Of a DNA stretch of 5,199 nucleotides, positions 1-5,199 are shown piece by piece (position 1 is the first letter of the stretch; the number at the start of each line of letters is the position of its first letter). The stretch comes from Octopus sinensis (lineage: Eukaryota), in contig NW_021830056.1 of assembly GCF_006345805.1 (NCBI RefSeq), positions 1-5,199 of the forward strand, in the 5' to 3' direction. Position numbers and translations under genes: made by a program. The notes under the pieces are model-generated. The model ran no database searches, was not told the origin of the DNA, and was given only the letters and a program-made list of their open reading frames with translations.

Positions 1-113
1 CCATCCCCACCTCCATCATCGTCATCACGACTCCCCCCCCCCCGCTTCCCGTCGTTTTAACAATCCGACTTCTTTCATTCACTGACGACACCATGACGGC
101 GACGACCACCGCT

Positions 114-189
114 AACAACGCAGCAACAAACAAAAAATAACAACAACAACAACAGCAACAACAACAACAATAGCAACAACAACAACAAC
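114..189. repeat. Imperfect (AAC)n trinucleotide microsatellite
   Basis: Runs of aacaacaac with occasional agc/aat interruptions, purest at 139-189. Confidence 0.95.
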
Positions 190-257
190 GAACGATAATG
201 AGATGAAATGGCAGCCATAGATTGATGGATCGGTTTAAAGTCAGTTTACATTAGCAG

Positions 258-267
258 GTGACGTCAC
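258..267. promoter_or_regulatory. Perfect palindromic CRE (CREB/ATF) motif GTGACGTCAC
   Basis: TGACGTCA at 259-266 within the 10-bp palindrome; overlaps E-box CAGGTG (255-260). Nearby are a GC box CCGCCC (333-338) and CCAATCA (437-443). Motif match only; function untested. Confidence 0.4.
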
Positions 268-283
268 TGTTGTAGCTCTCGTG

Positions 284-329
284 GCTGTTGCTGCTGCTGC
301 TGTTGTTGTTGTTGTTGTTGTTGTTGTTG
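284..329. repeat. (GCT)n/(GTT)n trinucleotide microsatellite
   Basis: gctgttgctgctgctgctgttgtt...gttg; explains the poly-Leu ORF 288-476. Confidence 0.95.
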
Positions 330-481
330 GTTCCGCCCCTGGCAAATAACCTCTTCCCTCCGCCACTCTCCGCCAGACACGACACCCCCCTCCATGCCCA
401 GCATCATTTTAACATTTCACCCTCACCCTTGCTCTCCCAATCAACGAGTCTAGGACCCCAAACGAAGGAGGCGTGACCCGT

Positions 482-750
482 TAGAAATAGTAGCCAAATA
501 CCCCACCTCAACTAACGTCATAGCATCTTTAAAAGGGAGAGTCATATATTTTGTAGCCTTTGATAAAGAATTACTATAGGATGGTCATAGATAGAACGTC
601 TTTGAACAGAGGCGAAGATTGATTTGGGTCTTAAGGACAAGTCAGGTTCAAACAAACGCACGAGGAAGCGTTTAGCTGGTCTTTCTAACTACTAGAAACA
701 GCAGCTAGATATCACTTTGCCTTCGATCACAGCCTACTGTCTAAGAAGGA
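482..750 (+). repeat. Two diverged fragments of a probable interspersed repeat (482-~630 and 693-~750)
   Basis: 482-500 TAGAAATAGTAGCCAAATA vs 693-711 TAGAAACAGCAGCTAGATA, 15/19 identical, with weaker similarity downstream. Boundaries are uncertain. Confidence 0.4.
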
Positions 751-842
751 CGTAGTTCTGGTGATTTGATAAAATAGTAACGGCCTTGAAAAGTTTTGGC
801 CAAAGGTTTGTCAATGAGGGCTTTCCTAAGGTTAAACATTCA

Positions 843-1135
843 GTTACCATGGGATGGGGTTTAAGTTCCATCCTTAGTCATGACATACGAGGTTCGAACC
901 CACGGCGAAGCATAACAGATAAGGTCGAGCAAAACACCGTGAGTGAAACTGGATAGATAGAAACTGTAAGGAAGCCTGGCAGACGGATAGTAGCAGTAAT
1001 TCAAACGAGGAGCACTGATAGCCTTGATCAACCTGGGGACTACATTAAGGACACATGTATGTGTAGGATACTCAACCACTATGAAATCAGTGACTCATTT
1101 AACTCAGTCATCGTCGAAAACGACGAAGGATACTT
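843..1135 (+). mobile_element. Diverged tRNA-derived SINE, family A copy 1
   Basis: Perfect B box GGTTCGAACCC at 891-901; degenerate A box ~850-860. 863-906 matches the minus-strand head at 3477-3520 at 30/44 ungapped. 940-976 matches 2925-2961 at 26/37 ungapped. 1042-1073 aligns to 3028-3059 at 27/34 columns. 1110-1124 is identical to 3155-3169. Confidence 0.75.
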
Positions 1136-1216
1136 GATTCGTTTATCTTGAGACAAAGTTTGAGCCAGAATCTTGCTGTGAGTCTTTACACATCCATACA
1201 CAATAACAACAACAGT

Positions 1217-1546
1217 GGAGGCACAATGGCCCAATGGTTAGGGCAGAGGACTCGCGGTCGGAGGATCGCGGTTTCGATTCCCAGACCGGGCGTTGTGTGT
1301 GTTTATTGAGCGAAAACGCCTAAAGCTCAACGATGCTCCGGCAGGGGATGGTGGCGACCCCTGTTTGTACTCTTTCGCTCCAACTTTCTCTCACTCGATG
1401 CTCTCAGTGTCGGGGGTTGACCTGCTTTCTCTTCTGCGGGTCTTACAAATAGCAAAGGAACACGTTTCGGCCTTCTCCCATCTTGCGAGCTCTGGGACGA
1501 AGACTGTTCCCTCAACAGCGCCGCTCAACAGCAACAACAACAACAG
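1217..1546 (+). mobile_element. tRNA-derived SINE, family B, apparently full length with (CAA)n tail
   Basis: A box TGGCCCAATGG (1227-1237) and B box GGTTTCGATTCC (1270-1281) at tRNA-like spacing (46 nt from A-box T to the TTCG). tRNA-unrelated body with hairpin CAGGGG/CCCCTG (1342-1363). (CAA)n tail ~1526-1546. Flanking near-duplication CAATAACAACAACAG (1201-1215) / CAACAACAACAACAG (1532-1546). Confidence 0.85.
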
Positions 1547-1654
1547 CACATTGTCCCTATAGAGCGGACCCGATTTTATTTCCTTATAAATCCAGACAGA
1601 GGGCGTTGATGGTTGAATCAGGCAGCAGATGAAGTCAGAGATCCTTGTTTCAAT

Positions 1655-2000
1655 CCCGCCATGCGTACCTCGCTGCTTTCTTTAGTTGCTTACAACCACC
1701 TCAAGCTACAAAGAAGTGCCGGCGGCCGCGTTTTAAAAGTTGCACGTTCTTTCTAAACTTACTGGACAAAGATTTTCGCTTTTGCGGGGGGGGGGAGGAA
1801 AACCGGAAGTGGAATTGGGATGCCACTGCTCGGTGTCGTCAGGGCGACAAATCACCCATTGACGGATTCTTTCTATCTCGAAAATGTTATGCAATTAATT
1901 CGATCGTCTGACAACTATCGATCGAAGGATTTTTTTCTTGTATGAAACTATCGTGTCTTACAACCGAAACACAGCGCCATCTACCGTCATCCACTGTCGT
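1655..2000. promoter_or_regulatory. CpG-rich, promoter-like segment
   Basis: I count 25 CpG in ~345 bp versus 8 in 541-880. Perfect ETS consensus ACCGGAAGTG (1802-1811), inverted CCAAT ATTGG (1814-1818), G10 run (1786-1795), half-CRE CGTCA/TGACG (1837-1841, 1860-1864, 1985-1989), GCGCCATCTA (1974-1983). Confidence 0.45.
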
Positions 2001-2001
2001 A

Positions 2002-2090
2002 CTTCCCCTCCCCTCCCCCACACAACACAGACAACTAACAGCACCACCCCCGCTATCATCATCCCTTCCCCCCACCACCACCACCAGCCG
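2002..2090. repeat. C-rich low-complexity / (CCA)n-like tract
   Basis: cccctccccctcccccacacaac...cccaccaccaccaccagcc. Confidence 0.7.
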
Positions 2091-2254
2091 TCCCGTTAAT
2101 GTTTTATTGCGACACAACGACCACACTTTTATAAAAGTGATAACTCTTTACACACAGAAAGAGGAAAATAGTCGCCAATTAGTAAAAGTGAGAGGGTGAG
2201 GGTGGTGGTAGAACACCCTCTCTCACTTTACTACTAACCCCCACCCTTCCCTCG

Positions 2255-2288
2255 ATATATATATATATATGTATGTATGTATGTATAT
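2255..2288. repeat. (AT)n-(GTAT)n compound microsatellite
   Basis: atatatatatatatat gtatgtatgtatgtatat. Confidence 0.95.
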
Positions 2289-2433
2289 CCACCTTCCCAC
2301 CCACCCTCCTCTCGTAGCCGTTTCAATGGACGTTTATTTTTATTTATTCTTTTACCTCAATTTTTGTGGCGAGCGGACATTATAAGGTGTCGGGTTTCCG
2401 ATGATACGGCGTCATTTCGCTTTCTTTCTCTCT

Positions 2434-2467
2434 CACACACACCACACACACACTCACGCACACACAC
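2434..2467. repeat. Imperfect (CA)n microsatellite
   Basis: cacacacaccacacacacactcacgcacacacac. Confidence 0.9.
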
Positions 2468-2681
2468 TATCTCTATCTTTGTTTCTCTCTCTCTCCTACT
2501 TTCTCTCCTTCTCCCCCACTCTCTCTCCCTCACTCGCTGATTCTCTTTCTCTCTCTTTCTCCCTCTCTCTCTCTCTCTCTCAGTCTCTTTCTCTCCTTTC
2601 TCACTTTCTCTCACCTTCTCTCTCTCTCATTCTCTCTGAATCTCTCTCTGACTTTTTCTTTTTCTCTCTTCCCCTCTCATT

Positions 2682-2729
<48 letters not shown>

Positions 2730-2743
2730 TGTCTCTCTCTCTC
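2468..2743. repeat. ~275-bp polypyrimidine (CT)n-rich tract
   Basis: Degenerate CT repeats with a pure (CT)16 at 2685-2716; explains ORFs 2277-2540, 2357-2614 and 2401-2901. Confidence 0.95.
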
Positions 2744-2802
2744 AGCTTCAGAAGGAAACCGACTCTACTTCATCAAGCGATGTTTCGTATACAGTTCGTG
2801 TC

Positions 2803-3177
2803 TACTCAATGGACGAATGGGAGAGAAGTTCGGTTAGCAATTACCAGGCCCCGAGTTCGATCTCACCGCTTAGAATTCAGAGCAAATGTCAATTACCATA
2901 GCCTCAGGTCAACCCTTGCCTTAATGACAGAAAATGAGGAGACGGAAAATGTGCGGAAGCCCACCCAGTGAATTATACCTATATTGTAAAGGGTACAACC
3001 TTGTCATACTGATTCAACGTGAGAATAACATTAAAGATACACAAGTCTGTGGGATACTCGGCCTCTTATTTACTAATTCATTGAGTAAATAGTTCAGTTG
3101 ATCGAATAATTCAGTTGATCGAAAATTTTCAGTTGAGAGAATAACTGAATCCTGATCGTCGAAAACGACCGAGATCC
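2803..3177 (+). mobile_element. Diverged tRNA-derived SINE, family A copy 2 (possibly CORE-type)
   Basis: A-box-like TGGACGAATGG (2810-2820) and B box GAGTTCGATCTC (2853-2864), 46 nt from A-box T to TTCG. Colinear homology to 843-1135 in three blocks. 2877-2908 (GAGCAAATGTC...GCCTCAGG) loosely resembles the CORE domain (GGGCAAGTCAC...GCCTCAG) from memory. Confidence 0.8.
3077..3144 (+). repeat. 17-18-bp tandem minisatellite, 3 good copies plus 1 degenerate
   Basis: TTCAGTTGATCGAATAA (3093-3109), TTCAGTTGATCGAAAATT (3110-3127), TTCAGTTGAGAGAATAA (3128-3144), preceded by TTCATTGAGTAAATAG (3077-3092). Confidence 0.85.
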
Positions 3178-3476
3178 ATTTCTTTTACTATTTTTGTATT
3201 ATGTAGTGCAACCCCCCCCCCGCCGTGTTTGTCTACACAAGGGTGTTACAATAAATGGATCCTCTGTCACTTTCAGTGATGAATATTTAGTTCGATCAAT
3301 GAAATTAATTATTCTGTGAATTAGCATAATTAAAGAACCCTTCAAATAGAATCAGTTTGTCACAGTGTGTTGGGTACGGTTAGATCTTCGAATTACAGAT
3401 ATGTGATAGAGCTTTCAGGCACACGACCTATTTTCAGTTCTGCTCTAATTGTTTGACTCGCTGACCAATAACCCAT

Positions 3477-3543
3477 GCTTTGAGATCGAACCGAGTACCT
3501 CATGGTTGCGGAGCGAACTTCTTAATCACTTGGCCATGGCCGC
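3477..3543 (-). mobile_element. tRNA-derived SINE head, family A copy 3 (minus strand; downstream extent unclear)
   Basis: Minus strand A box TGGCCAAGTGA (3536-3526) and B box GGTTCGATCTC (3492-3482), 46-nt spacing. 39/60 ungapped identity to 2810-2869. Confidence 0.8.
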
Positions 3544-3546
3544 GGT

Positions 3547-3678
<132 letters not shown>

Positions 3679-3886
3679 TTTGCCTTTTAGTCAGAGAGGA
3701 AAGGGTCGCAGCCCAGAATCCTTTTTTCTTTTTCTGTGTCTCCGAGACAACTGACTGGAAGAGAAGATGTCAGCCTCCAACAACATGGGACTTGTCCCTC
3801 CCTAATGTCTGGATAAAGGAACCCTTAGGACCAAGTGATGATGCAAAGACGGGTGAAGGATTAAGTCTTCTGACGGATTAAGACTC

Positions 3887-3992
3887 TGTGTGTGTACACA
3901 TATATACATGTATATGTGTCTGTGCGTATCAATGTATACGTGTGTGTGTGTGTGTGTGTGTGCTCATATGTATAGCACACACGCAATACATA
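3887..3992. repeat. Mixed (TG)n/(TA)n/(CA)n low-complexity tract
   Basis: Alternating purine-pyrimidine sequence including a (TG)n run at ~3940-3962. Confidence 0.85.
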
Positions 3993-3994
3993 CT

Positions 3995-4047
3995 TTGTTC
4001 TTTCACCTGTCTTCGCCTTTTGTTTTCTGTAAATTTGAACTATATAT
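3995..4047 (+). repeat. Left arm of inverted repeat (short terminal fragment of the element at 4270-4404)
   Basis: Aligns to the reverse complement of 4270-4326 with 51/53 matches, 2 substitutions and 4 gapped bases. Confidence 0.9.
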
Positions 4048-4112
4048 TTATATATATGTATAACTATATATATATATAAAATTGAACTGTATATACAACT
4101 ATGTGTGTGTGC

Positions 4113-4115
<3 letters not shown>

Positions 4116-4196
<81 letters not shown>

Positions 4197-4257
4197 GGTC
4201 CGGTTGATTCGGGGTTAACCACATATATATTATATATATATATATATATAATATATA
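4116..4257. repeat. (TA)n microsatellites at 4116-4193 and 4223-4257, split by a 29-bp GC-richer island
   Basis: Direct reading. Confidence 0.97.
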
Positions 4258-4269
4258 AATTTGGACTAT

Positions 4270-4404
4270 ATATATAGTTCAAATTTACAGAAAAGCAAAA
4301 GACGAAGATAGGTGAAGGAAGAACAAGTTTGTATTAGTTTGACACTTGGAAAGAATGGAAAAGTGTCTGATGTTTCGAGCCTATGCTCTTCGATAAAAAG
4401 GAAT
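4270..4404 (-). mobile_element. Probable Penelope-like / retrozyme-type retroelement 3' fragment (may extend to ~4630)
   Basis: Its terminus is duplicated in inverted orientation at 3995-4047, it ends directly in (TA)n, and it carries a decayed hammerhead-like motif. No RT or GIY-YIG coding remnant is recognisable, so the class call is inference. Confidence 0.45.
4363..4401 (-). ncRNA. Degenerate minimal type I hammerhead-ribozyme-like motif (probably inactive)
   Basis: Minus strand CCUUU-UUAUCGA-A-GAGC[AUAG]GCUC-GAAAC-AUC-AGACAC. A stem II-like hairpin is followed directly by GAAAC and an NUH triplet, but the CUGANGA box matches at only 4/7. Confidence 0.35.
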
Positions 4405-4628
4405 CCTTGCTTCATTTTCGGCAATCTGGCACAACAAAGAACAAAAACTCTGAAAAAACAAGGCGACCGTTCGAGACACAAGTCAGAATGTTAAGCTTAA
4501 TCCAGTGGTTTGTTACCTTTGAAGGCTCCCTGGCGCGTAGTTTGTTCCTTAGACACAAATAGACCCAGGCTATACTGAGCTGGAAATCCAACAATCCAAC
4601 AAATGTCTGGAAACTTCCAGAGTAAGAG

Positions 4629-4632
<4 letters not shown>

Positions 4633-4683
<51 letters not shown>
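4633..4683. repeat. (TC)n microsatellite
   Basis: Near-pure, with one register shift at 4660-4661. Confidence 0.97.
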
Positions 4684-4701
4684 AGTCGATCGGTCGCTCT
4701 T

Positions 4702-4732
4702 CACATACACACACACACACATATATACATAT
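4702..4732. repeat. (CA)n/(TA)n microsatellite
   Basis: cacatacacacacacacacatatatacata. Confidence 0.9.
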
Positions 4733-4821
4733 CTGGCCCTTAGGAACATAGGCTCAGATATCACAAAACGTAATATATTCGAAAAATGGTTTTCATTGAT
4801 ACGTATTAGACAACTTTCTAC

Positions 4822-4947
4822 CACACAGATACACACACACACACACACACAAACATGCATATACACATATACATACGCACACATATGCACACACTCATGT
4901 ATACACTCACATATATACACAAACACACACACACACATACACATATA
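4822..4947. repeat. Degenerate (CA)n/(CATA)n tract
   Basis: Direct reading; explains ORF 4570-4974. Confidence 0.9.
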
Positions 4948-5046
4948 AACAACCTTACAACTTATGATATACACAGCTTTTCTGTAACTTTTTTTCTTTA
5001 AGAATAACGGACATCCTGGAAAATATCATGGCTGAACCCCTGTGAC

Positions 5047-5199
5047 TGTGCGCGTATATATACACGCGTGCACATATATATATATATATATACATGCATA
5101 CATTCATACACAGACGTAAAAAATATATGTATGTGTATGTGTGTATATCTATATCTATCTATTTATTTATCTCTCTCTCTCTTTATATATATATATATA
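5047..5199. repeat. Mixed (TA)n/(TG)n/(TCTA)n/(CT)n low-complexity tract running off the window
   Basis: Direct reading. Confidence 0.9.

Noticed and set aside
1220-1291. Functional tRNA gene (also considered for the heads at 843, 2803 and 3543)
   Set aside because: In the 1220 head the T-stem pairs at only 2/5 and the acceptor stem does not pair. The other heads are mutually diverged copies, and the 843 and 2803 heads continue into a shared non-tRNA body. All fit SINE heads.
1462-1472. Minus-strand GGCCGAAACGT as a second hammerhead
   Set aside because: There is no upstream CUGANGA-like box or convincing stem II, and the base at the cleavage position is G, which is not allowed.
1786-1819. 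G-quadruplex at the G10 run
   Set aside because: Apart from the G10 run and one GGG, only GG doublets are present. At best it is a weak two-tier structure with no supporting evidence.
82-1842. Exact inverted 11-mer GGTGTCGTCAG (82-92 minus, 1832-1842 plus) in both promoter-like regions
   Set aside because: An 11-mer match somewhere among a few kb of unique sequence on two strands is expected about once or twice by chance.
3093-3144. CRISPR-like array
   Set aside because: The repeats are directly adjacent with no unique spacers, and the context is eukaryotic with no cas genes.
3233-3256. Tc1/mariner-like terminus or polyA signal (TACACAAGGGTGTTACAATAAA)
   Set aside because: There is no partner inverted repeat in the window and no upstream gene; a lone AATAAA is common in AT-rich DNA.
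3835-3873. C/D box snoRNA (GTGATGA at 3835-3841, CTGA at 3870-3873; also GTGATGA at 3276-3282)
   Set aside because: The boxes are only ~28 nt apart with no later D box or terminal stem. The 3276 C box has no CTGA at a suitable distance.
4747-4987. Extra fragments of the 4270-4404 element (CATAGGCTC at 4747-4755; GCTTTTCTGTAA at 4976-4987)
   Set aside because: The matches are only 9 and 12 nt and do not extend convincingly; they cannot be separated from chance without a family consensus.

Overview
Non-coding, repeat-dense eukaryotic (metazoan-type) DNA. I find no supportable protein-coding gene; the listed ORFs are mostly translations of microsatellites. About 40% of the window is microsatellite or low-complexity sequence: (AAC)n, (GTT)n, (CT)n, (CA)n and (TA)n. 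The rest contains four tRNA-derived, SINE-like elements with Pol III A/B boxes. Three are diverged copies of one family (+843, +2803, -3543; 65-70% identical in pairwise alignments done by eye) and one is a better-preserved copy of a second family with a (CAA)n tail (1217-1546). There are two promoter-like motif clusters (~255-443 and ~1655-2000). The most interesting structure is at 3995-4404: a ~55-bp near-perfect inverted repeat flanking (TA)n tracts, a terminal motif repeated four times, a 32-bp palindromic junction, and a decayed minimal hammerhead-ribozyme-like motif. Together these suggest remnants of a Penelope-like or retrozyme-type retroelement. The repeats resemble octopus/coleoid cephalopod repeat families as I remember them; that taxonomic call is unverified recall.
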